A stretch of DNA of 64,000 nucleotides, taken from NCBI GenBank assembly GCA_964016885.1, contig CAXHJY010001072.1, forward strand, positions 1-64,000, written 5' to 3'. Below, one piece after another: positions 12,155-29,535 of this stretch (position 1 is its first letter; each line of letters begins with the position of its first letter). This stretch comes from Eledone cirrhosa (Eukaryota). The notes under the pieces are model-generated. The model did not search any database. It saw only the letters and a list, made by a program, of their open reading frames with translations, and was not told where the DNA came from. The translations under genes and the position numbers were made by a program.

Positions 12155-14065
12155 AACAATGACGTGCCGGCGTTGTATGGGCTTCGTAAAGACCATAAAA
12201 CGGGCTGGGACCCTGTCACGGGACCACCAACACGGCCAGTCTGTGGGGCTAACATTGCTAGTAACTACAGACTGTCCTACTTCCTCTCCCTGATCATACG
12301 CCCCATCATTGAGATGTCCCCAGATGTGTGTGACAGCACGGAGGACCTCCTCAGCAGAATCGGCGCGGGTAACCGATCTGGGGACCTAACAAACTGCATA
12401 ATAGGCAGTATGGATGTTGTGTCCCTGTATCCATCTATTGACGTGGATTTTGCTGTGGAGAAATGCGTCGAAATGATCAGCGAGAGCAAGGTTGAGTTCC
12501 GTGGGATTGATACCAGTGAGCTGGGACTTCTACTTAAGCTTACCCATAGTAATAGTTACCTAGACACTTATGACCTTAGCAACCTGTGCCCTACAAGACC
12601 AGCAAGAGGCAGACCACCTACCATTACCTCAATGGCCAAGAAAACCCACACAGATAGATGGAACGGGTGGACCAGAGCCATACGGACACCCGAAAACCAC
12701 GATGAACTGAAGAAAATGATTGCACATGCGGTAGGGGCCAGCATAAAACTAACCCTTAAGGAACATATGTTCAAATTTAATGGTAAAACATATGCCCAAG
12801 AGGAAGGAGCAGCCATTGGTGTTAGCATTGCAGGCGACATAGCTAACTTATTCATGGTATGGTGGGACAGTAGACTTAAACAAAAACTTAATGAACAATT
12901 AGAAGACAGCTTAACCCTGATAATGTACTCCCGCTACGTAGATGATATAAACATCGTAGTTAAGACACCCCCACTAAAGAACAGTCAGGAACTAGAGAAA
13001 AACACAATGGAAAGCATCCAGCAAATAGCAAACTCCATCCACCAGAGCATTAGAGTTACTATAGACTACCCAAGTAGACACCCCAACCATCGATTACCTG
13101 TACTAGACACAGAGCTCTGGTTAGATACTATTAACAACCAAAAACAAATCCTCCATTCCCATTATGCCAAACCCATGACTTCCAAACATCTGATCCACCG
13201 AAACTCGGCCATTTCGGACCATACCAAAATCAACATACTGATTGCGGATTTGGTACGGGTGATGAGAAATGTGTCCCGCATGTGCAACCCCGAAGAACTA
13301 GAGAGACACATACAACACTTCATCCACCGTATGCAGTTCTCTGGCTACAATCAGAGAGATAGAATCAGAGTGTATAAAGGAGCCAGAACCAAATGGGAAA
13401 AAATGGTAAATAATGACATAAATGGGACCTGCCCCTTGTATAGGAGCAAATTTTGGAATAGAATAGAAAGAACTAAGAACAAGGCCAATAGAATAAACTC
13501 ATGGTATGATAGCAATAAATACCAGAGTGTAATGTTCATCAATACAACCCCTAGAGGCGAACTAGCCTACAAATTTAGAAGGGCCCTAAAGAAACATAAT
13601 CTCAATATTAAGATAGTAGAAAGACCTGGTACCTCCGTAAAAACACTTATTAGCAAGACATACCCGTTCCAAAGACCCTCATGTATAGATAAGAAATGCA
13701 TAACCTGTAAAATAAGCCCCCATATTAACTGTAAAACTAGAAATGTAGTATATAGCATAAGATGTACTGAAGGACAATGTAGAAACAAAAATGTAGTGTA
13801 CATAGGTGAGACAGCTCGTAGTATAGGGGAACGAATAAATGAACACTGGCGAGACCTCCAAGATAGTAAAGAATCATCTGTGCTCTACCAACATGCTAAG
13901 ATAGAACACAGGGGTAAATTAGAGAGCATAGAAATAAAAATAGAATCCACACACAAGAAAGACGCAATGTTTAGGCAAATTACAGAGGCAGTAAGCATAA
14001 AAGAATTAAAACCAAAATTAAATAGAAAATATGAGTGGAACAGCAACATCACAACTTACAATTAA
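12155..14065 (+). CDS. Penelope-like RT + GIY-YIG endonuclease (N-terminally truncated)
   Basis: Motifs include LYGLRKDHK, SMDVVSLYPSI, QEEGAAIG, YSRYVDD, VVYSIRC, YIGETAR and RQITEA. There are no internal stops. Confidence 0.9.
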   Translation, partial: NNDVPALYGLRKDHKTGWDPVTGPPTRPVCGANIASNYRLSYFLSLIIRPIIEMSPDVCDSTEDLLSRIGAGNRSGDLTNCIIGSMDVVSLYPSIDVDFAVEKCVEMISESKVEFRGIDTSELGLLLKLTHSNSYLDTYDLSNLCPTRPARGRPPTITSMAKKTHTDRWNGWTRAIRTPENHDELKKMIAHAVGASIKLTLKEHMFKFNGKTYAQEEGAAIGVSIAGDIANLFMVWWDSRLKQKLNEQLEDSLTLIMYSRYVDDINIVVKTPPLKNSQELEKNTMESIQQIANSIHQSIRVTIDYPSRHPNHRLPVLDTELWLDTINNQKQILHSHYAKPMTSKHLIHRNSAISDHTKINILIADLVRVMRNVSRMCNPEELERHIQHFIHRMQFSGYNQRDRIRVYKGARTKWEKMVNNDINGTCPLYRSKFWNRIERTKNKANRINSWYDSNKYQSVMFINTTPRGELAYKFRRALKKHNLNIKIVERPGTSVKTLISKTYPFQRPSCIDKKCITCKISPHINCKTRNVVYSIRCTEGQCRNKNVVYIGETARSIGERINEHWRDLQDSKESSVLYQHAKIEHRGKLESIEIKIESTHKKDAMFRQITEAVSIKELKPKLNRKYEWNSNITTYN

Positions 14066-14355
14066 GGACAAAATGAAAACACACACACACATAGAACAAA
14101 CAACTTACAATTGAAAACACACACAATACAAAATGAAAACACACACACACATAGAACAAACAACCAACCAACAATAAATAAATAAATAAACAAACAAATA
14201 GAAAAATATAAATAGAAAAATAGAAAAATGAACACAAACACACACACAGACACCCGGATGTGGGGCATGCGCAAACTGAGCACGCAACCCACACACAAAC
14301 AAAATGGCGTAGGATAGAAGAAAGGAAAGACACAGAAACGAAGAAAGAAATCCCC

Positions 14356-14400
14356 AGTCACTGAAGAGGTCACAGAGTGTGTGACGAAAGAACTATGACT
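14356..14400 (+). ncRNA. Minimal type I hammerhead ribozyme at the 3' end of Penelope element B
   Basis: AGUCA-CUGAAGA-G-GUCAC-agagugu-GUGAC-GAAA-gaac-UA-UGACU. Stems I and II are perfect 5-bp helices. Confidence 0.88.
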
Positions 14401-14555
14401 ATATATATATAAACAACTATCTGGTTGTAGAACCAACCAACCAACCAGAAATTTATAAATTTGTAAACTTATAAATATTTAATAAATTAAATTGAAGTGA
14501 AAGCAACTGGTGCGTGTGTTTCTTATTGGCAACATGACCCTCCCAAAGTATAACA

Positions 14556-19998
<5,443 letters not shown>

Positions 19999-20124
19999 TG
20001 TGAATATAGACATAGAATATTCGAAAATATTCTGTATGTTTATAATAAACATTTTGAAGACCTAATCGCTATAGAATAGAATACGTCACGTATTACAATT
20101 AGATTCTCGATAAAAGCAAGGGAA

Positions 20125-20168
20125 GTAAATCTACGCGTTTCATTCTTATTAGAAATCGTCAGGACTAC
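20125..20168 (-). ncRNA. Type I hammerhead ribozyme, array copy 1
   Basis: Minus strand reads GUAGUC-CUGACGA-U-UUCU-aaua-AGAA-U-GAAA-cgcg-UA-GAUUUAC. Stem III is the palindrome ACGCGU. There is a U.U pair at the base of stem II. Confidence 0.8.
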
Positions 20169-20435
20169 ATATCCAGTGCTTTTATCGAGAATGACACAGC
20201 TAGAGACTTATAGAATACTTAGCTGTGTACAGGAACTGGTTTGAAAGAGCGGTTGCCGGTCCGGCAGAAATTAGAAATTGGAATAAATGCTCTGAAATAG
20301 CGATATATATGTGAATATAGACATAGAATATTCGAAAATATTCTGTATGTTTATAATAAACATTTTGAAGACCTAATCGCTATAGAATAGAATACGTCAC
20401 GTATTACAATTAGATTCTCGATAAAAGCAAGGGAA

Positions 20436-20479
20436 GTAAATCTACGCGTTTCATTCTTATTAGAAATCGTCAGGACTAC
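20436..20479 (-). ncRNA. Type I hammerhead ribozyme, array copy 2
   Basis: Same sequence as copy 1, offset by 311 bp. Confidence 0.8.
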
Positions 20480-20746
20480 ATATCCAGTGCTTTTATCGAG
20501 AATGACACAGCTAGAGACTTATAGAATACTTAGCTGTGTACAGGAACTGGTTTGAAAGAGCGGTTGCCGGTCCGGCAGAAATTAGAAATTGGAATAAATG
20601 CTCTGAAATAGCGATATATATGTGAATATAGACATAGAATATTCGAAAATATTCTGTATGTTTATAATAAACATTTTGAAGACCTAATCGCTATAGAATA
20701 GAATACGTCACGTATTACAATTAGATTCTCGATAAAAGCAAGGGAA

Positions 20747-20790
20747 GTAAATCTACGCGTTTCATTCTTATTAGAAATCGTCAGGACTAC
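20747..20790 (-). ncRNA. Type I hammerhead ribozyme, array copy 3
   Basis: Same sequence as copy 1, offset by 622 bp. Confidence 0.8.
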
Positions 20791-21129
20791 ATATCCAGTG
20801 CTTTTATCGAGAATGACACAGCTAGAGACTTATAGAATACTTAGCTGTGTACAGGAACTGGTTTGAAAGAGCGGTTGCCGGTCCGGCAGAAATTAGAAAT
20901 TGGAATAAATGCTCTGAATAAATGCTCTGAAATAAATGCTCTGAATAAATGCTCTGAAATAGCGATATATATGTGAATAAATGCTCTGAAATAGCGATAT
21001 ATATGTGAATATAGACATAGAATATTCGAAAATATTCTGTATGTTTATAATAAACATTTTGAAGACCTAATCGCTATAGAATAGAATACGTCACGTATTA
21101 CAATTAGATTCTCGATAAAAGCAAGGGAA

Positions 21130-21173
21130 GTAAATCTACGCGTTTCATTCTTATTAGAAATCGTCAGGACTAC
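21130..21173 (-). ncRNA. Type I hammerhead ribozyme, array copy 4
   Basis: Same sequence as copy 1. Confidence 0.8.
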
Positions 21174-21426
21174 ATATCCAGTGCTTTTATCGAGAATGAC
21201 ACAGCTAGAGACTTATAGAATACTTAGCTGTGTACAGGAACTGGTTTGAAAGAGCGGTTGCCGGTCCGGCAGAAATTAGAAATTAGAAATATCGCTATTT
21301 CAGAGCATTTATTCCAATTTCTAATTTCTGCCGGACCGGCAACCGCTCTTTCAAACCAGTTCCTGTACACAGCTAAGTATTCTATAAGTCTCTAGCTGTG
21401 TCATTCTCGATAAAAGCACTGGATAT

Positions 21427-21470
21427 GTAGTCCTGACGATTTCTAATAAGAATGAAACGCGTAGATTTAC
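21427..21470 (+). ncRNA. Type I hammerhead ribozyme, inverted array copy
   Basis: gtagtc-ctgacga-tttctaataagaat-gaaa-cgcg-ta-gatttac on the + strand. Confidence 0.8.
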
Positions 21471-21629
21471 TTCCCTTGCTTTTATCGAGAATCTAATTGT
21501 AATACGTGACGTATTCTATTCTATAGCGATTAGGTCTTCAAAATGTTTATTATAAACATACAGAATATTTTCGAATATTCTATGTCTATATTCACATATA
21601 TATCGCTATTTCAGAGCATTTATTCCAAT

Positions 21630-21717
21630 ATACATATATATATATACATATATATATATATCTATATACATATACATATATACATATACATATATATATA
21701 CATATATATATATATAC

Positions 21718-21763
<46 letters not shown>

Positions 21764-21825
21764 CTATATACATATATATATCTATATACATATATATATC
21801 TATATACATATATATATCTATATAC

Positions 21826-21872
<47 letters not shown>

Positions 21873-22115
21873 CATATACATATATATCTATATACATATA
21901 CATATATACATATACATATATATATACATATATATATATACATATATATACATATATATATATACATATATATATATACATATATATATACACATATATA
22001 TATATACATATATATATATACATATATATATATACATATATATATACATATATATATATACATATATATATATACATATATATATACATATATATATATA
22101 CATATATATATATAC

Positions 22116-22146
<31 letters not shown>

Positions 22147-22275
22147 CATATATACATATATATACATATATATACATATATATATACATATATATATACA
22201 TATATATATATATATGCATATATATATGCATATATATATACATATATACATATATGCATGCATATATATATCCAT

Positions 22276-22307
<32 letters not shown>

Positions 22308-22399
22308 GCATATATATATATACACACATATATATATATGCATATATATATATGCATATATATATACACATTCATATATATATGCATATATATATACAC

Positions 22400-22448
<49 letters not shown>

Positions 22449-22737
22449 GGCATATGTGTGTGTGTATAAACAGTAACACGTGTGTATATAGAGAAGATAA
22501 TGATATATGTGTAGCTAATGCGAAGTGACACTTAATAAACAAACCCCATCTTCAAATAAATGCATAACACATTATGTGATACAGGAGCGTGATTATATTT
22601 ATATGCGTGTCCTCCTTTTAGCTACACATACATATATACACATGCACTCACACATGCACACATTCATAGATGTATACACGCCTTAATACGTGCATGTATA
22701 CATACATGCATACAAATATAGAAACATACATATACAT

Positions 22738-22770
<33 letters not shown>

Positions 22771-22857
22771 CATTCATATAAGCATAAGCATACATTCGTA
22801 CATACATATATGCATACATACATTCAAACACATGCACGGAGAGAGAGAGAGAGAGAG

Positions 22858-22949
<92 letters not shown>

Positions 22950-22950
22950 T
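21630..22950. repeat. (TA/TACA)n and (GA)n microsatellites
   Basis: Directly visible: TA-type at 21630-22445, GA-type at 22839-22949. Confidence 0.9.
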
Positions 22951-23259
22951 GAAAGACATGTATACAGACATAGAAATAAACATATATACATGCCCCTATG
23001 TTTTTTTACACGTGTGTGTGTATATATATATATGTCCTGGATCTTACGCTTCAATTTTCTCCTAGAGCAATCATAGAGCCACATAATCGTTGTATATCGA
23101 ACTCTTTTGATATTAATGCTTGGTCGAGCAGTTTTTTTGTAAGTGTGTGAGCTATCTTTAGCGTTATCTCTTACCACTTTCATCCTATCCAACGCTGTAA
23201 TTTTATTTTTATTCTGGCCGTCTATTCTTTGGGAACTAATATTTTTGCTAGAATTTCAA

Positions 23260-23350
23260 GATCTCTACTGATGATCGTTATCTCTTGGCTTCACCATTTG
23301 CAGATGTTAATCAACGGTAAATGATGATATGAAATGGTACCATATAGGTC
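23260..23350 (+). ncRNA. Type I hammerhead motif with an extended, partly decayed stem II
   Basis: gaucuCUA-CUGAUGA-ucGUUAUC...GAUGAUau-GAAA-ugguacca-UA-UAGguc. Stem III is the palindrome AUGGUACCAU. Confidence 0.65.
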
Positions 23351-24206
23351 ATGTAAAAACCTAGTGGTTATGTAAGTATAATACTTATTTTGTCTCTCTG
23401 TTTTTTTTTCCTTTAGCCTGATTATATTGTTCTATACAAACTATTAGATACTTAGTTTCCTATGGTGCTGGCAGTGTACAACGCTCTGAGGTTTTGGACT
23501 TTATTATAGAGAGATTTGGCTGCTATTTCTAGCAAATTGATTACGGTGATAATCCCTCACAATAAATATATATTTCTGGAGCAGCTAGGGGAACTAGCAG
23601 CTACTGCTGTTGTTACTGTCGGTGTTTCTCTGATGTTACACTGACATTAGATACATTCAGTAGTGTTTTACTGTTAGAATCAGCCTGTATCATTTTACAA
23701 GAAAAGGGCTCACAGCCAAATATAACCGAAAGCAACCGGAAATGGGAGAATGACGTTGTATAAATGGTTACAAATTGCTTTCTTTTTTTTGTTCTATTTT
23801 CTGCCGATAATCATCATTTCAGGGGTTGTATCTTTGGTAGTATATATCAAAGAACAAAAGAATGTGTATGAAAGAAGGAGGATATACAGAATATATGAGA
23901 TTAATACGAGATCTTATAGCAAGGAATTGTAAGGAAATACTAAATATAGAAATCTTATAGAAGTGTGTTAATAGACCACAGCGAATACAGAAAGTTTGTA
24001 TACAGCAGACGCTGACGTACATAGAAGCGAACTAACGCTTGAAATCGGGATCAAAACCGGCGGCTCTCAAGACTCTATAGGAAAGTTTGGATTTATCTAA
24101 ATTATTCAGAGTCCTAACGAAGTCAGATTTATTAACTATTCTCACTAAGATACATTGTATGAGGTTGGGAAGATTGTCTTTGATAGATATATGACACTGC
24201 CTATGA

Positions 24207-24392
24207 CAGGCATGTCAAACTGAGGGTCCCCCGAGGGTCACATGGGTCACACGTGTTGTCTGAGGGCCACACATGACAACTAATTGCACACATTACAACT
24301 AATATTTTTTATCTTATATTACGCTCGCGCTGTAAAAACCTTTGTGCGGGCCGCAGGTGTGCTTGTAAAGGGCCGCATGTTTGACATGCTTG
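24207..24392. mobile_element. hAT-type MITE
   Basis: TIRs caggcatgtcaaac / gtttgacatgcttg; 8-bp TSD gcctatga / gcctttga. Confidence 0.8.
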
Positions 24393-25159
24393 GCCTTTGA
24401 CATGCGCCAACCTTTTGACATGCACCTATGTTAAAATATAGAACTGTAGTGGTTTATTTATGGAATATTTGTGAATATTAATAGAACATTGTAAATATAG
24501 AAATACTAGTAGAAAATGTATTGTCAGAACCGTCTAAATGTGAAAGTGTTTCAGAATAGTGTTAATAGCACAGCTCTTGGTAACGAAGTTCATGCAATTT
24601 AATCTCTCTTTTCTTGATAAACCGGAGACTAAAAGCCAGACTGGGAACCTTCACCTTGTCACTTAACCTTTTCTTCTGATGTATCCGAGGCCACAAGCCA
24701 ACCTAGGAGCCTTCACCTCATCTTTCAATATGCTAGAAATAGCAGCCATGTCGCTTGAAAAATCACATACCACCTACATATTTAAGACGCTAGGATGTGA
24801 ATTTAAATAGATTTTTCTGCTATTTCTAGCTAGTTGAAAGACTACGTACTGTGCACATGCATTTGCTTGCGCGCAGTTTGTTACAGAAGGAATGAGAAAT
24901 ATTAGCTGATTGTATGATGGTTTTAATTAAAGTCTACTGGTGAAACAACATACATATTCCATAAAGTTAACAGGCAGAAGAACTGTATCCATTACAGATC
25001 GATATAAAGTAAATTCGAATCTTTGTATGGTTTGAACTCAGAATGCACAGAGATGTAGCTAAATACTATGAAGCATTTTCTTCATCGACCTCGAGATTCT
25101 CGCTTTCCCCACCCTGATTGTAAAACTAATAAGTTGAACCAAATATAGAGACTATACGT

Positions 25160-25454
25160 CAGTCGTGGGCAACCTGCGACCCGCGAAGCTTTCTGAATAG
25201 CTCGCCTAAGGCACCTAAGTGAAATCTTTCTGCTTTTTTTTTTACTCCAATTTTTCAGTCGTAATTTATCTTTCTATTATTTTTACGATCGAGGAAAACA
25301 ACGTGTACGAATTCTGAAGAAGCAAATAAAACAACCTGAGTTACAGCCCTTTTTTTAATGTGGGCACAAATGTAAATTAGTGATTGCGGCCCGCCTGATG
25401 ATCAGCCATATCTAATGCGGCCCGCTTCTCGAAAAAGGTTGCTATACGTGCCTG
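25160..25454. mobile_element. hAT-type MITE
   Basis: cagtcgtgggcaacc...ggttgc(..)cctg with gcggccc subterminal motifs; perfect 8-bp TSD ctatacgt. Confidence 0.75.
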
Positions 25455-26728
25455 CTATACGTGGTGGCTCAACCTGCTAAAAATAATAACCATATTTCTA
25501 TTAATCTACACTTTACCCTTTTAAAACATTTACATAATGAACTTTATAAACACTAACGCTGTTAGTTATATATTTATAGCAGCTCATTTTATTGGGATTC
25601 TGCATCTTCAAAGAGGAAGGACACTTTGAATAATGTAGTTTTGAATACATTGTTTGAAAATAAGATGTAATGATCTTGGCAGGAAAACGTTTATCATAAA
25701 ACCGCTTGATGAGAGCAGACTGGTGTCAAGCCCCTATAATAACTAATAATAAAAATGGGTAGAGGATAGGACAATAAAGAATGTAATTACTTTTGTCAGA
25801 CAGTGTGTAGCAATATACAATTATGAAATATTTGATTCAAACATAATCAATTGTAAATTTAATTACACCTCGAGATATGTCGCCGTTTGAGATCTCAAAC
25901 ACGTTTAACTCTGTATTATTAATGAAAATGTTCAATCACAATAATGGTAGGTTGTATAAAAACAGGACGTAAGATTTTAACATTTTCAATAGAATATTTA
26001 TTAGATTTAGACATCAAAACATCGTTTTCTTAGAGTTCAATCAATTTAATATATAAACTACCAGTTGCTTTAAAGATTTTAATCAGGTGTGGATGAAAAG
26101 TTAGTTCTAGTGAGACCTTCCTTTCCTACATTCGAGGTCGATAAAACAAAAGTACCAGTCTTGTATTGGGGTCAATTCTTCCTCTATATCTCTTTCTCAC
26201 TTCTATTCTCTCACTTTCTCTATCCTCCTCTGGAAGAAATCTTCTTAAAATGTCCAAAGAACGCTTGTAAGCCACTACAGCGCCCCTACGAATTCATCGA
26301 AAAAAAAAATGAGACTTTGCTTTACAATATATGGAAGCCTCTCATTTTATACTTTTAGTTAGAAGACATAGAACTACTACGTTTTCAGTAATGTCACGTT
26401 ACCCTCGGTTGCATGTTTGAATTCTCTTCATTGATAACCTATACTGGCTCAGGTAGGTCTTCAATTGAATATTCCAATATAATAATGAACGTATTTATTC
26501 TTAAATGCCGATAGCATTTTCGTAACATTTAAATAATTTTTTCAAATAATTTTCTCCTGACATTATATCACGCGAAAATGCAACAGAAGTTTTTGGGGAA
26601 ATTCTGTCGATGTCACTGACCTGTTAAAGCTACCGAGGAGTATTACCAGTTCGAGATAAATGCTAATAATCAAAGAATTAATGAAACTACTCTCTGTCAT
26701 AAGAGCTGGGCTGCCTTACTTATTTCTG

Positions 26729-26970
26729 CCTCTAGGGGCAGAAATTTCAAAAACAATTCTTCCTTGTAAAATACCCTCATCAGCAAAATATATGGTTGCC
26801 AAATCATCACCACAACACCCAGCAAGAGCACCAATCAGTCACCCATCCCCTCCAGCTGTTGTGAAAACACCACCATCACCACCAACCTCTAGGGCAGAAA
26901 TTTAAAAGACAATTCTTCTTTGTAAAATACCCTCATCACCAAAATATATGGTTGCCAAATCACCACCAAT
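26729..26970. repeat. Local tandem duplication (~158-bp period)
   Basis: ctctagggg?cagaaattt...aaataccctcatca...tatggttgccaaatca occurs twice. Confidence 0.75.
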
Positions 26971-27394
26971 AACAACAGCGTCAGTCAGTCAGATAGCCAG
27001 CCAGTCACCTATCCCCTCCAGCTGTAGTGAAACAACAACAACAACAACAACAACAACAGTAGCAACAACAGCAACAGCAGCAGCAACAGTAGCAGTAAAC
27101 CAGGCAGCCTACTACTCAGCCTGTCGGTCAGCCAACATATTCTTCGCTGGCGTCACGAAAGACCTAGAAAAGATCTATCACGAAAACCATGTAAAGGAGG
27201 CCAGATCTATGGTAACATAAAAAGCACCACCAGGTCGCCCCCCCCCCCCCAGACTCTATCTGAAGTGATAGAACTACGCGCCTTCTATGTGTGACTTAGC
27301 GCACTATCTGCGCAAAATCACAGAGAGAAGAGCGTGTCGTGGAAGAAGACATTCAGAGGGTGTGTGTTTGTGCGCAAAATGCACATTTAATCAA

Positions 27395-27645
27395 TGATGC
27401 CCCCGCAACTGGTGTAGCCAGTCGTTGGGGGTCACACTCAAAACTCTTTCGCAGTCAGCCGTCGCCACTGGCCTCTAATCTTCGTCATGCATGGAAGGGT
27501 CTCGGTGTTGTGACCAGTCCAGTCTTTCATGTTGTCAGACTAGGATTTCTTTGTCTGCTTCTTCTTCGCCCTCTCTCGACTGTGCCCTGCTGAAGGCCGG
27601 TTTTGGACAAGGAGTTGGGGCGGGATATATGACCTTGGCCATTAA
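27395..27645 (-). mobile_element. RTE-clade LINE 3' fragment, decayed
   Basis: Minus-strand translation resembles the RTE C-terminus: QGTVERGRRRSRQR...DNMKDWTG. Confidence 0.6.
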
Positions 27646-28414
27646 AAGAAATTGATATAACTACTACTAACCACCGCCACCACCACCACTGCTGCTACCA
27701 CTATTACTGCTGCTGCTACCACCACAACCGTTGTCACTACTACTACATTTTCCCCATTTTGTCTGAAGCAGCTTGAGAGTTCACTATTGTACACTGTTTA
27801 CTTAATGACATCCAGAGTTCAGCAAGGATTGGTGTCATGTCAAGACTTTTAATTAAACTTTCACTCATGCTTGATGTGTTCCTCTTTCTCAATAACCGGG
27901 TAGAGAACAAAGAGAACACACGTAGCTACACACACACTGCGCACCATAAAACAATACAAAAACACGTTGAAAACACACACAATAATAATGATTTCCGATT
28001 TAGGCACAAGGCCAGCAATAACCCCACTGCATTACTGGTTATTTATTTTATCAACCCTGTAAGGATGAAATATAAAGTTAAACTCAGCGGGATTTAAATT
28101 CACTACATAAGCTAGTTATATATATTTACGTGTCCCAATAACTTTTTTTTAGTTATTGCTCGCACCAACCAGAGGTATAGCCAGTCACTCTCTCTCTCAG
28201 CTGGCCTCTTCCTCACACTTTCACTCACTCACTCTGCATGAAATCCTTTTCTCGCTCACATCTCAGCCTATTTTACGTGTCCCAATAACTTTCTTTAGTT
28301 ATTGCTCGCACCAACCAGAGGTATATGATCTTTAAAGCGAAGAAATACCAATGAAGGTTGGAAGATCACTGATGAAGGACTAATTTTATTCATATATATA
28401 TATATATATATATA

Positions 28415-28950
28415 TTTTTTTAAATTTATTTTGAAACTTTTTCATTATTTGCTAAACTTGATTATATATGTTCTGGCTCGTTAATTTATTAACCTGCCAT
28501 TGAACCACATTGGCATATGGTTGGACAATACATGTGTCCCTTAGCGCTTTGTGCGTGTAGGAACACATATCCTATTATTTCTATTCTCCTCTATGTTGAG
28601 AAAAAAATTTGGTCGTTCCGACTGCTGTTAGTGATAGTGGTGGTCGTTTGACCTACCCCCCTCTGCCTCTATCCTTACTTCGGCCCTTGAAAAAATTGAT
28701 TCCACTTCATTTACTCTCATCTCGGGAACAGTTTTGGATAGCGCTAGTTCGTAATTTAAATTCAAGAATTTTATATTCTTCGAATGAAAAGAACCTTCTG
28801 ACGAGAATCTTTCTTTGCAACGAAGGCCGTATGGTCTCCGTTTATTTTTGAGATTCGAAACCGATTCGGTAAAGGTAACTATAGTAAGTAAAGTCAATTT
28901 TTTAAAATTTATTTTGAAACTTTTTCATTATTTGCTAAACCTGATTATAT
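28415..28950 (+). mobile_element. ~483-bp hammerhead-bearing monomer with a ~55-bp terminal direct repeat, inserted in (TA)n; candidate retrozyme or solo pLTR
   Basis: aaatttattttgaaactttttcattatttgctaaac(t/c)tgattatata occurs at ~28422 and ~28905, with a hammerhead between them. Confidence 0.7.
28793..28876 (+). ncRNA. Canonical type I hammerhead ribozyme
   Basis: ACCUU-CUGACGA-GAAUCU-[AACG-a-AGGCC-guau-GGUCU-c-CGUU]-AGAUUC-GAAA-CCG-auu-CGG-UA-AAGGU. All three stems pair. Confidence 0.9.
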
Positions 28951-28999
28951 ATATATATATATTACTCTTTTACCTGTTCCACCCATCAGGCTAAAGCCA

Positions 29000-29165
29000 A
29001 ACCGTTTCGACGGCTATTTCTGGACGTCCAGAAATAACCGTCGAAACGGCTTGAGCTCTGCCGCCGGGGTTAAACATTTTCATATTACCCACTCTACTAG
29101 CCTAAGTATTGAGTACTCTGGTGCGTTATGGCCCATCTGGTTCCTTACCACACTTCCTTAGTTAT
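29000..29165 (+). repeat. Dispersed palindrome-headed repeat family (GTCCAGAAATAGCCGTCGAAACGGC...CCTTACCAC), copy
   Basis: Related copies at 10780-10836, 30118-30308, 59833-59988, 60640-60728, 61595-61778 and 4211-4250(-). Confidence 0.8.
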
Positions 29166-29384
29166 ATATATATATATATGTGCTTGGTTATATATATGCT
29201 TAGTTTTATATATGCTTAGTTATATATATATATATATATGCTTAGTTTTATATATATATATATACTCGGTGGTCATGTCTACCAGCATATCAGGAAAAAA
29301 TTATACATTTTCTATGTATTTTATATAAGGAGGACATGTAAAGTTTTATGTATAACATAAAGCAAAACATCTTCGAAATATATA

Positions 29385-29535
29385 TCATTGTTTCTACTTT
29401 TGGCACTAGGCCAGCAATTACCCAGTGCATTACTGGTACTTTATTTTATCGACCCCGTAAGGATGAAAGGCAAAGGCCGTAACTCTATGCGTCAAAGCAT
29501 GACGTCCGACCCTCTACCGATACTGCCAATCCACC
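29385..29535 (-). mobile_element. tRNA-derived SINE with Nin/Deu-type core (internally deleted)
   Basis: Reverse complement contains gcctttcatccttacggggtcgataaaataaagtaccag and the tail ...gtagaaacaat. Confidence 0.7.

Larger units (their letters stand above)
12155..14400 (+). mobile_element. Penelope-like element B, 5'-truncated, same group as element A
   Basis: ORF to 14065 is collinear with element A. It is followed by an AC-rich 3' UTR ending in a hammerhead and then TA repeats. Confidence 0.9.

Noticed and set aside
10954-12255. N-terminal ~33 aa of the supplied 433-aa ORF as a novel fusion domain
   Set aside because: It is the antisense reading of the adjacent Penelope element across the junction.
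28365-28392. CTGATGAAGGACTAATTTTATTC, a possible hammerhead 5' half
   Set aside because: Cut off by a TA repeat before any GAAA, so it cannot be supported as a ribozyme.
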